A model generated the notes under the pieces. The model did no database searches. It saw nothing but the letters and a program-made list of their open reading frames with translations, and was not told the origin of the DNA. The position numbers were made by a program, and so were the translations under genes. From Eledone cirrhosa (taxonomy: Eukaryota): 64,000 bases of DNA. Positions 12,633 to 28,362 of the stretch are shown piece after piece (position 1 is the stretch's first letter; each line of letters begins with the position of its first letter). Location of the stretch: contig OZ024753.1 in NCBI GenBank assembly GCA_964016885.1, positions 3,038,001 through 3,102,000 on the forward strand, given 5' to 3'.

Positions 12633-12946
12633 TAATTATAGATTATTACTCTTTTTCCATTTCTAATTACCTCCTCCATTATATATATATTGTATGCCTT
12701 TTGTGTGTGTGTAGCCTCTGTACACCCTCTGCACCCTACTATCGACGCCACCCCATCTATGGCTCAACTAACCACTCGACTCCCGGGAATGAATATGACC
12801 ACAGCTAGTAAACAAGGACCCAAACCCCACCCTCCCGCACCAAAATTAGACTTATCATCCCCTGCTTTTGCTCTTTACTCTCTTTACTCTTTGTTTTTGA
12901 ATGTTTGGTTGGTAGAGTCCATAACACCAATCAAACCCCTTTTGTA

Positions 12947-12991
12947 GCTCTGACAAATCCTATGGTTACGTAAGGAAGAAACATTGTAAGC
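12947..12991 (+). ncRNA. Degenerate type I hammerhead ribozyme motif (Penelope-like 3' end)
   Basis: GCU-CUGACAA-stem II (UCCU...AGGA)-GAAA-CAUUG-UA-AGC, then AATAAA; core G8 is mutated to A. Confidence 0.5.
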
Positions 12992-13041
12992 CAATAAAAA
13001 TCTTTTGATGTTGTAGACGCTCTTGTGTTCTTTATCATATA

Positions 13042-13097
<56 letters not shown>

Positions 13098-13858
13098 TCA
13101 CTTATATATATGGATATCTATATATTCAGTTATTTATGTATATCTAATGTTTCAGAATATGTTTCTACTAAAATCCCATCAGCACTAACTCTAATCCAAT
13201 GGTATTCTTTTAATTCATAAATAATACTTCTACATAATATATTAACTACACTTATATAGAACACACACTCCATATAATGATAGTCCAGAAATGATGATAT
13301 ATATGAGAAACACCAAATTTACAAAATATCATCACCAATAAAATCCTGCAAGCTACTGGATGACTAAATATAGTTTAGAAATTCATATGTAAACATGGAA
13401 GTTGTAAATGTTTTGACTACAGTTTTGACTTACATTGGACATACATGTTTGACAGATTCTCTCCAGCTGACCATGCAACTACAAGAAACTACTGGAACAT
13501 AATATTACTCAACACAGTAAAACTAAAGAAACAAAAACCAAAAAAAAAACTAGACAGAAATGAATATGAAGATAACACAAATATTATATATTCAATAACC
13601 ATAAAACTAGATGATTAATTCTGGAAGCTATATAAATAACAATATATGAAGCAACATTCAACAGACATTGCATATCACAGAAATAAACTAATGTCAAACA
13701 ACATAGTTAAACTATTTGCTGCTTGCTGACAGAAATCTGAACAAGTCTGGTTTGAAAATGTAATGACCAGTGATTTTCACTTTAAACATTAGAAGAAGAT
13801 CAACATTTCCATCACATATTTAATGGAAAATCTTTACACAATATACAGGATTATAGCT

Positions 13859-13890
<32 letters not shown>

Positions 13891-14063
13891 CACTATACTA
13901 TGCCAAGTGACGTGTATTCTACTGAATAATGATTTTACTAGTTCAAAACTGGTATAATCCTGATCTACATAGCTCCTACTACAGTAGTAGAGTACTCTCC
14001 AACTTATTTCACCTCTCTCTTTCTCATATATATATATATATATAAATATATATGTAGTGTAGA

Positions 14064-14160
14064 CAATCAAAATTGATGGAAGCTACAGAGTACCCAGAAA
14101 AACCTGGGACAAGGTGATAAAAACTGCTAGCGTGGAAGATAGACGTTAAATGATGATGAT
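14064..14160 (+). mobile_element. Internally deleted RTE 3' fragment
   Basis: ORF-end sequence (CCCAGAAAAACCTGGGAC) joined directly to the terminal TGCTAGCGTGGAAGATAGACGTTAAA(TGA)n. Confidence 0.75.
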
Positions 14161-14647
14161 TATATATATATATATATAACGTCTCCGTTGTATCCTATCC
14201 TAATTATATACTATCATCACAACCTGTACTGCCTAGTCTTTCCTCTCCATACACCTCTTGTTTTCGTGTCTAGTCTATCCCATGCCAGCATAGAAAGAAG
14301 AAAGAATTGTTCCACCCACATTAGGCCTCTCATTAAACCACCACATACAACATACTCTCTTCAAGGATATTTCCATCACATGGTGCTTCCTCTGCCATCA
14401 ATACGAATCTGCTTCGTAGAATCAAGACGTATCTGAGGACCTTGCGATTTTCAGAGTCAGGTTCGATCATCACATCGATTGTGCCTCGATCTGGTCGCCA
14501 GAGTAACGATTGTAATATGTCCAATAAATTCCATTCATCGCAACACTGATTCCCTTTTTTTCTGTGATATCATACTCTGCTCTATGAGAGCATTGAGTGC
14601 TCATACGGCCTACCGCATACCTACGCTTTAAGCACCCAACACCAATT

Positions 14648-15640
14648 ATATATATATATATACATATACACACATATTATATATATATATATATATATAA
14701 TACATATATACACATATATTATATATATATATATATAATACATATATACACATATATATTTATGTATATACATATATGTATATATATATATATAATACAT
14801 ATATACACATATATTATATATTTATGTATATACATATATCTATATATATATATATATAATACATATATACACATATATTATATATTTATGTATATACATA
14901 TATGTATATATATATATATATAATACATATATACACATATATTATATATTTATGTATATACATATATGTATATATATATATATATAATACATATATACAC
15001 ATATATTATATATTTATGTATATACATATATGTATATATATATATATATAATACATATATACACATATATTATATATTTATGTATATACATATATGTATA
15101 TATATATATATATAATACATATATACACATATATTATATATTTATGTATATACATATATGTATATATATATATATATAATACATATATACACATATATTA
15201 TATATTTATGTATATACATATATGTATATATATATATATAATACATATATACACATATATTATATATTTATGTATATACATATATGTATATATATATATA
15301 TATATAATACATATATACACATATATTACATATTTATGTATATACATATATGTATATATATATATATATATAATACATATATACACATATATTACATATT
15401 TATGTATATACATATATGTATATATATATATAATACATATATACACATATATTACATATTTATGTATATACATATATGTATATATATATAATACATATAT
15501 ACACATATATTATATATTTATGTATATACATATATGTATATATATATATATATAATACATATATACACATATATTACATATTTATGTATATACATATATG
15601 TATATATATATATAATACATATATACACATGTATATATGT
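14648..15640. repeat. About 60-bp TA-rich minisatellite (about 16 units)
   Basis: Unit TAATACATATATACACATATATTATATATTTATGTATATACATATATG followed by a variable (TA)n. Confidence 0.95.
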
Positions 15641-16350
<710 letters not shown>

Positions 16351-17944
16351 ATTCTATACACTTATATGTATTCCTACACACACACTCATACACTAAAATA
16401 TATAAAGAGTAAGAGGGATTATTATTAGTATCAGTGAACACCTGAAATTTGCAACTGAAATAAATCAGACATTGTTTATTATCACATTTGACATCTCATT
16501 ACCAAAGCTGTCATCAAAGATGTTATTCAGAGAAGTAAGAAAGAGTTACATATATCGTTATAGCTGTTGTTGTAGAGTTGAGTAACTATATGGGCAGATA
16601 GTTCCCTCTCTGCCTCACCTCATCTCACTTTAATTTAAACCTTACCTCTTTCAAAGATTCAAATTTATTGTCTACCAGTCGGGAGTTTAACAGTTAGTTA
16701 AGAAGTTAATTAAAATTTGGAGTTACTTCCCTTAACTTGTTGACATTTCTCAGTGATATATATAGACAGTTATATAATGATTATTTATCTTTAATTTTGT
16801 TGCTTGAAATTCCAAAATTTTTCTAAGAATTTTTGTCTGAATCCATGAAGATTGCTATACATTTTTCATAGAAATATTTCTGTATTTATTCAATATTAAC
16901 AAGACTCTGAACATTAATCAGTACTCACTGAGGATGAAGAACTTAGAGCTGTAAGGTGACACAGAGGAGACTGAGGTTAGCTGGACATGATCACCAACAT
17001 TAATAGCTGACACTGTACTCAATCGTCCTGCCTGAGCCCCTACACAGACTTACTTCATTTGACCGTTGGCTGGAAACTCATCATGTGTTAGTGTTTACAT
17101 GTGTGTTTGCTAGTGTCATCTCCACATTTTAAAAAATGTGCTGTTTTGTTATGTCTTATAGTTTCTGATTCAACAGATGAAAATTGGTGGAATAAATACC
17201 ATATTTAAAAATAATTGTTAGGATCAGAAAGAGAATTTGTCTGTAAAATACTAGCCAAAGGTTTTCATCCACCCCATCCATACCAGTGTAATAAAAAAAC
17301 TATCATAAAACCAATGATGTAATTATCATATGTATATACCCTGCTTTACACTTTTGATACTAAGTTACCTTAATCTGTTCCTACCATACAAAACTTCATG
17401 TCAGCTTAATTCTGGAGAATTTCATTATTTTGCTTAACTTTCAAAATTCTTGATTTTCAAAATGAAAGAAAACACTCAAGCAAAGTACTTTATAAAATAA
17501 ATATGGTCACAAAATTGTTAAAATTATTATCTTAAAAATAAAATTTGACGAAATATTATCAATGTTAATGGTGTAATTAGCTCAAATAGAGACTGCGGAT
17601 TCACTAAAGTAAGAAACAATCTAAAATGTAAATGTTAATATTTGCGAAAATAATATTTTTTTAGCTTCTAATGAATTATTGTGATGACTAGTTATCTTGT
17701 TTAAATATAGGTTTATATATGATTAGCTGCAAGATCAGTCAGTGTCTTTAGAAGATAAAGTGTTTATAAATATAGATTCTGAAAAATAAGCTGCTTCTTA
17801 AGCATGAAAAATAATTTAAAGAATATATGGAAAGCTAATCTTGTTAAAGAAAACTATGTCTAGTATTGGATGATGAAATAAGAATATGAAATCTAATATC
17901 TTTACTGTAATTTGCATTCCTTTAGAATATATATTGTAAGTGAA

Positions 17945-18262
17945 GCCTCCAGCTCACACTGTAGTGTGTCTATGACAGCGACAAGACAAAAAAGTGTCCA
18001 GCCCGCACAGTAATGTGGTCATGCAGGTGTCACGGCAAAAAGCATCCAGTCCACACTGTAAAGTGGTCATATAGGTGTCACAGCAAAAAGCACCCAGCAC
18101 TCACTGTAAATGAGATTGGCATCCAGCTGTAGAAACCAAGCTAAAATTGGTTCTGTACAAGCAAGACATGGTCACCTGACCTGGCACTGCTCAAAACAGG
18201 TTAACTCGTCTAACTCATGCCAGCATGGAAAAATGAATGTTAAACGGAGATGATGATGATGA
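17945..18262 (+). mobile_element. RTE 3' UTR fragment with internal approximately 48-bp repeats
   Basis: Repeated AAAAAGCAxCCAG.CCACACTGTA units, then CATCCAGCTGTAGAAAC...CATGCCAGCATGGAAAAATG and (GAT)n. Confidence 0.85.
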
Positions 18263-18267
18263 AATAT

Positions 18268-18515
18268 TTTGTTGCCATATTTCTAGTGAAATACACTCCC
18301 AGCATGTTTCAAATTATTTTGAAAATAATAATACATGTGGAGGAATTTAATAAATTAACCTTTTCAATAGTAAGTTGAAATTTGGAACATTATTAACAGA
18401 AATGTCTTAAATTTATAGTGGAAAGTTTTAATATTAAATACATATATTTTAAAATGGTTAGATTTGTATCATAAAATTAGAGTGGTTTCAGACAGGCTGG
18501 TATCATATGGGTTAA
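18268..18515 (+). mobile_element. TTAA MITE family 2 (left end disrupted)
   Basis: Homologous to 33882-34131; ends GGTATCATATGGG-TTAA. Confidence 0.65.
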
Positions 18516-18689
18516 TGTTCATAATATATTATAGATGAACTGTCAGATAGTTATGTCAGCATCCTGGTTTCAATTCCTTATCGTACCTCAACAGTATTGT
18601 TAATAACCTCGAGAACAATATGACTATCACACAATTTCATTTTTCCATCTCTTACAAATCTGAATACTTATCTGTATGTTGCTTTCTTC

Positions 18690-18750
18690 CAGTGCCGGAT
18701 TTAGGATAAATGAGGACCTGTGCTAGTTATGTCATGAGGCCCTGTGCACA
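18690..18750 (+). mobile_element. Possible solo hAT-like terminus
   Basis: CAGTGCCGGATTTAGG...GAGGCCC resembles hAT MITE ends; I see no partner TIR. Confidence 0.3.
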
Positions 18751-19640
18751 CCTAAGCACACTTAAGCACAATGGCACTGCTTTCCACTGTCCCTCTATTC
18801 TTGAACCCTCAACTCCTGATGGAATTGTATGGATACAGTTGTAATATACTATTTGCCTTGAGGATATCACACCTGGAGGAACTCATCTCTATAGTTCTGA
18901 CCACAGATGATTTCTCCCCCCCCCCAAAAAAAAAAAGCAAGAAGGAATATATGAATATTAACTGTGATTTTATTTTTTGACCTTGAAGAGAGAAAAAGCG
19001 AAGTTGACCTTGGATTTAAACTTGGAGAATAGTGAGCCAGAACAACTACATCAAAGCCAGCATTGCCAATTCTTCACCTTCATCCTATGTAACAAATCCA
19101 CAATAGAGTTAAGCTATAAGCAGTTATGTAACTGAAGTCTGACATTTTGTAATATTTTTGGCCAGACTACAGTGATATACTTGGAAAACAATCAGACAAA
19201 ATTGTTTACAGTAAACAAACTTTGACGTCTAATATTTTAAAGGTAAAATTATTACTACACAGCTTTTTGTTTTTTGCTGTCAGCTTCCAGAACTCAAGTA
19301 ACTATAATCTACTAGTTTTAATACAACCACCTATGTATAAACTATTCAATTAAAATTAAAGGCTTAATAGATAAACAAACGTAGTTTCAGTCCTTTTGTT
19401 ACCATATTTCCAATGAAAGGCACAGCTTAATATATTTAAAATAATTTTTAAAATAATCTTTGAGGGATTTAATAATCTAACTTGGAATATGATTGTGAAT
19501 ACAAGTGGCCGAAATGGGATTCGTCCAAGGGGTTTTGGGAGTAACATTACTATTCTGCTTCTCTATTGCAGCATTTAGCATATCTTTTGATATTGCATTA
19601 AATTCATTCTCTAGTTGTATCCTCCTCTTTCTCTCCATCT

Positions 19641-19671
<31 letters not shown>

Positions 19672-20529
19672 AATATATACATACATACAAACATACACCT
19701 ACATACACAAATACATATATATATATATATATATATATGATGGCTGCCAACTCGTTTTCGAGTATGGCCACTACTTTATATCCATGTAGGAGAACCCCTA
19801 CCGATGCGCTGAACGAGTGTGACTTTTTAGTCCAGCCAGCGACTTGAAAACTCTGGTACAAACACTACACTTGTGACAATTATTGACACATAGTGCTGGG
19901 CCCATGGTACTATGTGACGACAAGCGCAGAGAGATCTCCAGATATAAAGCAATGCCTGTGCCGTGAAGCTTTTATAGTGAGCAAAAGCACTGCACAAAGC
20001 CAGTCCCACTCTCTTAACCAAGATGATATTTACCAAAAAGAAGAACAAGTCAACATCATTGGATACCATCAGGGTTGCAGGTGTTATATCAGAGTTTTAC
20101 TTCTCCTAGAATTCTGCCTTGACAAATGCTAAGGGGTCATCTCTCCCGGTGATTTTGGATGGCCATTGACTCTTAAGAGCTCCTATATATATACAAGCAC
20201 ACAAACACACATACACATACATACAAACACACACTCACACACACACACATATATATATATCCAGAATATCTGTATATTTAATAAAATCATGCACCTGCAC
20301 TTGTAAAGTTTCTCTTCAAGGTCCAGCCTAAGGTAAGCTAATTTATAAATGATCACCAGTTATCTATGCAATGTAACATACCCTCATTTACATTTGACAC
20401 CAGTATCATTGCAAGCGTATTCAGACAAAAACGATACTCTAAGACATCATTGTCAATGATCTAACAATACTGCTAATTCTCTTTAACCCTTTAACATTTA
20501 AATTACTCTATATATACTATGGTATTTTC

Positions 20530-20745
20530 GTGTGTGCAAGAGAAATTGTGTGGATAAATGCATGATGTGCAATGGCTGAAGAAGTGCCAAGAGCTGAAAA
20601 TGGCAGGAAGCTGCAGGAGAGGAGGATCTAGGTAGAAGTATTTAGAGCTGAACCTCATTCAGAAGATGGTGAAGGAGGCAGAGTGAGCTAGATAAGAGCC
20701 ATCGAATCCATGCTAGCATAGAAAAATGAAGATATGATGATGAGG
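20530..20745 (+). mobile_element. Highly decayed RTE 3' fragment
   Basis: GAAGAAGTGCCAAG...CCATGCTAGCATAGAAAAATG...(GAT)n. Confidence 0.55.
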
Positions 20746-20790
20746 AGGAAGTGAGTGTGTCTGTGTGTGTATATGTATAAATATATATAT

Positions 20791-21498
20791 ATCATCATCA
20801 TCATCATCGTTTAATGTCCATCTTCCACGCTAGCATGGGTTAGATGGGAGTTGTCCCACTTGAGGCAAGGTTGATCGGGTGACCGTGTCTCGCTCATATA
20901 GCACTACCTGGCAGGTTTTCCACGGCTGGATGCCCTTCCTAACACCAACCACATTTACAGTGTGGAACTGGGAACTTTTTACCGTGTTACCTACACGGCC
21001 ACATTACAGCGGGGACTGTGTTTTTTTGTTGTGACACCTACACGATCTCGATCTCATTATCTCATTTATTTTGACTGGATGTTGTGGTGCCAACTTTACA
21101 GAGAGAGAGGGTGGTGTTGGTGGGAGTGGGAGGATAGGGTAGGGATAGTGGATTGGGGTGTATATTTGGTCAAGAGGTGCCTACTGACTGTAGGTTTCGC
21201 TTTGTACATAGGCAAGGCAGGTCTTCTGTATTACTGCGTAGCGCCAAAGATCGCAGTCCAGAGACATTGTCTTAGAGAGATGTAAGTGTGTGAGGTTGGA
21301 ATTTATCAGATCGTCCCAGGTTTTTCTGGGTCTACCTACTCTGTAACTACCATCAATTTTGATCGCCCTGCACTTTTTTATGCAGCTGTTGTCTTTCATG
21401 CGCATCACGTGACCATACCAATGTAGTCTTCTCTCAAGTAAACAGCATCTGATCCCTCTTATTCCTAATTTCTCACCTAGTTCATTTATGCTTTGCCG

Positions 21499-21500
<2 letters not shown>
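20791..21500 (-). mobile_element. 5'-truncated RTE LINE (ORF C-terminus + 3' UTR) inside (TA)n
   Basis: Minus-strand translation ...[41 protein letters not shown]...; (CAT)n tail at 20791; same subfamily as 6982-7667. Confidence 0.92.
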
Positions 21501-21537
<37 letters not shown>

Positions 21538-21627
21538 CATATATATATATATATGTGCATATATGTATGTATGTATGTATATATATATATATATATACGC
21601 ACACACATATATATATGCGCATATATG

Positions 21628-21661
<34 letters not shown>

Positions 21662-21706
21662 CATATATATATATGTGCGTATATGGTTGTGTGTGTATGT
21701 ATATAT
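21501..21706. repeat. (TA)n/(CA)n compound microsatellite
   Basis: Direct reading. Confidence 0.9.
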
Positions 21707-22159
21707 AACTCCTCCTCCTATAGATCAGCTACATCTTATTTAAAATTAGATAATTCTCAATAAAGAGTATAAAATATAGTTAATGAGATATTGTTAGCTG
21801 AACAGCTGCAGTCCTGACAAAGAATATAAATGGTACATATGAAAATATTTAAAATTACGGATATTTATTTATTGAAGTTTTTGAAGTAGTCCTGCCGAAA
21901 GCAAATTTATTAATTAGTATCATTTGGATATATGAATATGAAAACTTTAGGTTATTCAGTGCATATTAGTTTTTCTAGCTGTTGACAGATATTTCCTATT
22001 TTGATCAAATCATCAATGCTTCTGAAGCAAGAGTCATGACAATTTAAGTGCATCCCTTCACACCAATACATATATATATTGACAGAAATAACAAATAAAC
22101 GACAGTTGAAATGGAAATGCATCTGAATTATTTAATGATCTTGTTTGTTTTTTTAATAT

Positions 22160-22290
22160 TTAACCCATTAGCATTTACATTACTTTATATTTATTATTGT
22201 ATTTTTGTGGTAATTGCATTACCTCCCATAATTATCTCACATAATATCGAATCTATGAGATTTTGATATTTATTTTGAGAACAATACCTA
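22160..22290 (+). mobile_element. TTAA MITE family 1, left half
   Basis: TTAA-CCCATTAGCATTTACATTAC..., truncated at a (TA)n tract. Confidence 0.8.
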
Positions 22291-23217
22291 TATATATATA
22301 TATGACAAGATTCCTTAAAATTTCCATCTATCAAACCCATTCACAAAGTCAGCTCAAAACTATGATAAAATACAGTTCAATATACCATAGAATGGGATAG
22401 ATCCTGGCACTAAATGGTTGTGAAGCAAACTTCTTAACCACAAAGTGATGCCTGCACCTAGAACATTGATACTTTCAAATAGCTATTGGGAAAATTGCAA
22501 CTAAAATACAAAGCTAAATAACTTTTTTTTTCATTAGTGCAGATATATGGAAAGTTATTTTGAACAAATGGCTTGAAGAAAAACTCAACTTTAGAGCTAA
22601 ATACATGGTAAGCTTTTAGTTTAATTACTGAAAACTTTCTGGTTAATCATAAATATATATAATGAGAATGTATGTTTGGTGCAAAATTTGTTTACAGAAA
22701 CAAAAGCTGTAAAATAATATTAAAAATTATTTACTGCACACCTCTATCTTTTTTAATGATTTTTTCCTCCTTCAAAACAGGAATTGTAAATATTAAACAT
22801 AGAAATAATTTCTATCAAGAAAGTTCTTTAATTGAAAATAGATACCAAACCAGATACAGGGTAAAATGCAATTTGTAATTACATTTTGTTCCAAAAGCAC
22901 TAAAGTAAAATACTTTACAAAAGTCTTAAGGAGTGAAGTACTGAATGCTGTACACAAAAAAATGTTTTAATTAATTGAAAATTCCCTCTTTGTTGGAGAG
23001 ATGAAACAAAAGCCTAGCAGCATTTGTTAACAACTCAAAAGAAATAGGGGAGACAATTTCCTGAAATTAAGAATGAACTAACCTCTTAACGTTAATTTAT
23101 ATGATTTAGGGAAAGCCTGCAATAAACAAGTATGGAAATGTTTTTGCATATTAGATCTCATGAGCATAGTCTAATATACTAAAACAGGCCCATATTTCAA
23201 CATTGAATGTAAGTATA

Positions 23218-23515
23218 GACCCATAACTTATAATGGAGTTGTAAGGGTGCTGTCATGACATAGGGTGTGTCCTAGACTCTTTAAACCTAGTGGAGCCAAT
23301 CTCTTCTCCAGTCAATCACTTCAAGAGCAATAGAGAGAAAGTAAGAATGATATATCGAGTAAGAATCCATACAGTACTAGAGTGGTATTCTTTTATTGAT
23401 CTCAAAAGGATGAAAGGCAAAGTTGGCCATGGCAGGTTTTGAAGTCAGAGTACAGAGAGCTAGGAGGAACTATAAAGCTTTCTATCCACTAAATGACATT
23501 GTTAATTCACTGCCA
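23218..23515 (-). mobile_element. SINE family B, alternative-tail subfamily (decayed)
   Basis: AAAGGATGAAAGGCAAAGTTG core plus a tail homologous to 43765-43900. Confidence 0.7.
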
Positions 23516-23687
23516 ACAGTTGTCCATTAACAGTAAACAAAAGTCAGACTTTACACTAAATGTAAAAATTAACTTTTAGAGATTAATTCTTAATTTCTTG
23601 AAATTATCTTCTTATCTTCGAGAGTCACTAACATTTGCTGCTAGCTTTTTCTTTTCCCTCTCCAACTGTGTTGAAAATTCCAATTAA

Positions 23688-23914
23688 TTAACCCCCTAGC
23701 ATTTACATTACTCTATATTTACTATTATATTTTTGTAGTAAAGGCTTTATCATACATAATTATCTGATAATATTGAATCTATCAGATTTTGATATTATTC
23801 ATTTTGAGAACAATACCATAACATCAGTATGAGGGGCTGGTTGGGGCCAGTTTAAACAGAAAGAGGTGAGAGAATTCTGGCTGGATATGGCCGGTTTAAA
23901 TGTTAAAGGGTTAA
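23688..23914 (+). mobile_element. TTAA MITE family 1, complete
   Basis: TTAA-CCCCCTAGCATTTA ... TAAATGTTAAAGGG-TTAA. Confidence 0.88.
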
Positions 23915-24389
23915 GAAGGTTTGTTTACGACATTCACTACTTCACACTTTAATTTATTTATCAAAATTCACTAGCCTATTTGAGTTATTTCCCTTATAGT
24001 ATTTTATCTTACAAAAGAGACAATTCAACTCTGCTGGTTATTTCCTTGGCTTAGCACCATGAGGTTTTCTTGCTAACATTCTAGTATGGATTAATATCTT
24101 TCTCGCATAACTTGCAGATAACTTGGCTAATCTTCAGAGCATCACAGATTAAAATTAGTTTTTGGCACACAAAATGTTTATTAAATAAACATATTATTTG
24201 ATAATTTTTAATATCATTTAAAATATACTAATAAGTATTTGATTTCTATGTGTATCTGCTTAAGAATAGGTGCACCACATTCTTGCACATCACATGAGGC
24301 AACTAAAAGGGTTGGCAAAATTGATTTGAAGGAAGTGAGGAGGTCTCGTTGAATTGGTGATATGGTCAGTATGCTGCAACAAAACAGAC

Positions 24390-24607
24390 TTAACCCTTTA
24401 GCATTTACATTACTCTATATTTACTATTGTATTTTCATGGTAAAGGCTTTATTTCACATAATTATCTCACATAATATTGAATCTGTGAGATTTTTATATT
24501 ATTTATTTTGAGAACAATACATTAATATAAGTTGAGCAGCTGGTTACAGCCTGTTTGAACAGAAAGAGGTGACAGTATTCTGGCTGGTTTAAATGCTAAA
24601 GGGTTAA
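24390..24607 (+). mobile_element. TTAA MITE family 1, complete
   Basis: TTAA-CCCTTTAGCATTTA ... TAAATGCTAAAGGG-TTAA: perfect 14-bp TIR with TTAA TSD. Confidence 0.92.
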
Positions 24608-26296
24608 AGAATGCATCCTATGTTATGCTCTAATGACTTTTCTAGCTCGCTGAATCAGAGTGATACTTTATTTCCAAAATTGGCATTATGAAAAGCAAAG
24701 GTGACCTCAGTGGAATTTGAACTCAGAATGTAAGTAACAGGGAATAAATCCTGCAGTATATAGTCAGTTTGTAGTCTGTGTTGTATATGGCATAGTTTGT
24801 ATATTTGTTAGTCTTATGGGTCTTCAGCCTAAACCAGGAATCCACTTCACTCTTCCCACTATCATTCTTCCTATATATCTAAATTTTACTTTCTATACTC
24901 TCAATCTTTATTCTGAATAAACTGTTTTCTTTCTTCTGTCGCCCCTTCCCCTCTCTCTCCCCTTTATCTTTTTGTCTCAATCTTTCTCTCTCTCTATCTT
25001 ACTCTTACCTTTCCTCTCTTACCTCTCTCTTACCTCTTCATCTTCCAATATACTACAAAGCTAAATACAACATAACTTCAAGTAAGTTAACAGCCTGATT
25101 CAAAGGTATTTATCTCACTTGGCAATTTGCTTCAATTGTTACAATCTCAACTGAAGAAAGAAAATCTACCTCTTGATTACACACACACACACACACATAT
25201 ATATTTATATATATATATACACACACACACACATATATATTTATATATATTCATCATCATCGTTTAACATCCATTTTCCATGTTAGTAAGAGTTAGATGA
25301 GTTGTCCCGTTTGAGACAAGTTGGGTTAGGTATCTGTGTCTTGTTCATAATATATATATTAGAGATTTCAGGCATTGGACTGTGGTGCCATGCAGGGGCT
25401 CATCCTCTCTTTAAAGAATTTAATGAATGAAACCCCAGGACATCCCTTTGTAAGGTAGTAACAAATACCACTGGGTATTTTTGTTTAATTCATCAATATA
25501 CATGCAGACCTCTTTCATATACACATATATATCTAATAAGCCTCTAGGCAGTTTCAGGGTACCAAGTTTCCCTCCCAAAGCTTTGGTCAAAAAGAGGATA
25601 TTGTAGAAGACACTTACACAAGGTATCATTCTAGAGGATTTAATTTTCACCCACCCAAACATAGATAACAATCTTAAGGGACAAGTCTCTGATAAGGCTT
25701 AAACCATTTGCTGAAAGTATTGGATGAATGTAATGACAGAAGCTACTTAAAGCATATACTACTAGATACATCTCCTGTAGATGTTAACATACACAGCCTC
25801 CTTCCCAACCATAGTTACGTAATACAAGGCAGTGTATTTTATAAAGTTCCATCATAATATTATGTAAGAATCCTATTTAAGTTCTACTTCAAATACCAAC
25901 TTAATAATGAGAAAGGTAGCTAGATTACTTAATCCCTCCAAAGTTTTTAATTATTATTTTAAAAATTATATGAAAATCTTACCTTGTGCCTTTCATTAGA
26001 AATATGATAACAAAAGGTTTAAGTCTAGCTTTTGCCAAGGAGAAGATGGTGTTGCATGAAGTCTCAATTTAAAGTAGTTTTAAGTATGAAGCAGACTGTT
26101 TGATTCAACCCTTGGAACACTGCGACAACATTTTAAATGTTTTTGGAGAGTTTTGGGACACATGTCACATACAAGTTAAACAGGGTTGACTACAGTATTC
26201 GTTTCAAGGTTAAAAAATGTACTACCCAACTGGATTGTGTATTTTCTGGTAATTAGAAGTGACATGTTATAATTGACAGAACACACTAAAACTTAA

Positions 26297-26503
26297 AAGT
26301 CAGTTGTGGTACTAATAAGTCAGTTCTGGTTTTAGTAAGTCAATTCTGGTTCTAGTAAGTCAATTCTGGTTCTAGTAAGTCAGTTCTGGTTCTAGTAAGT
26401 CAGTTCTGGTTCTAGTAAGTCAGTTCTGGTTCTAGTAAGTCAGTTCTGGTTCTAGTAGGTCAGTTCTGGTTCTAGTAAGTCAGTTCTGGTTCTAGTAAGT
26501 CAG
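26297..26503. repeat. 20-bp minisatellite, about 10 copies
   Basis: Unit AAGTCAGTTCTGGTTCTAGT. Confidence 0.97.
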
Positions 26504-26731
26504 ATGTTAAATGGAGCCACTGATCTCACACTCCAAGGAGTACACCTAGCTTTTTATTGTAGCAACAACACCAGTGTGCTTGTCATGTTTGTGACACAAC
26601 TGAAGAGACCTTTCTATCCATTGTCTTGCATACTTTCTATGGCTGGGTGTCCGTGACACTAACCATTTTAGTCTCTCCTTACAATACAAAGTGATACAGT
26701 GTACTTATTCTAAACAAGATACACACATTGT

Positions 26732-27196
26732 TATATATATATACACACACGTGTATATATATATATAAATGTGTATATATATGCATATATATGTGTAATT
26801 GTACGTATATATATGTATATATATACGCATATATATGTATATATATATACGCATATATATGTATATATATACGCATATATATGTATATATATACGCATAT
26901 ATATGTATATATATACGCATATATATATATATATATACGCATATATATATATATATATATACGCATATATATATATATATACGCATATATATATATATAT
27001 ATATATATACGCATATATATATATATATATATATACGCATATATATGTATATATATATATGCATATATATATATATATATATATACGCATATATATATAT
27101 ATATATACGCATATATATATATATATATATATACATGCTCACATATATTAGATAAATATAAACATAAGTGTGTGTGTGTGTGTGTGTATGTGTGTG
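26732..27196. repeat. (TA)n array punctuated by CGCA, then (TG)n
   Basis: Direct reading. Confidence 0.95.
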
Positions 27197-27699
27197 CAGA
27201 ATGCATGCATGCACATGTGGATGTGGTTATGTAGAACTAAGTCTTCAGTTCAATGCATCAGATGTAAAATCCATTCACGAAGAATCACACTACAACTTGG
27301 CATTGAATGATCATGAGAAAACCTACATTCTTACTTACATCCTTTATATCATGCCATTGCATGCTCTCATTCTCCTTCCCCACTCTCTCTAACTCTCTCC
27401 CTTTCTCTAACTCACACTCACTCACTCTCTCCTTCCCTCTTTGTATCTCACCTTTCTAATCCCTTCCTACTTGTTTAATACTTATAAATGACAACAAATA
27501 GAAAAATACATTGTCTTAATACAATCAGGAATTCATGACTGATATGTCCCACAAGGTTAAGAGCATTAAGATGGAAGATGTAATACAGTTAGTAGTCTTA
27601 CACAGATCTCTGCATATATATTACCTGCTCACCCCATTCTTTGCTTACCTGATTCCTGTTTATGTCTGTTTACCTTGCTCTTTCTCTCACCATGCACAT

Positions 27700-28362
<663 letters not shown>

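Noticed and set aside
13930-13995. Minus-strand GAACUAGUA palindrome resembling a hammerhead stem III
   Set aside because: No CUGANGA core and no convincing stem I.
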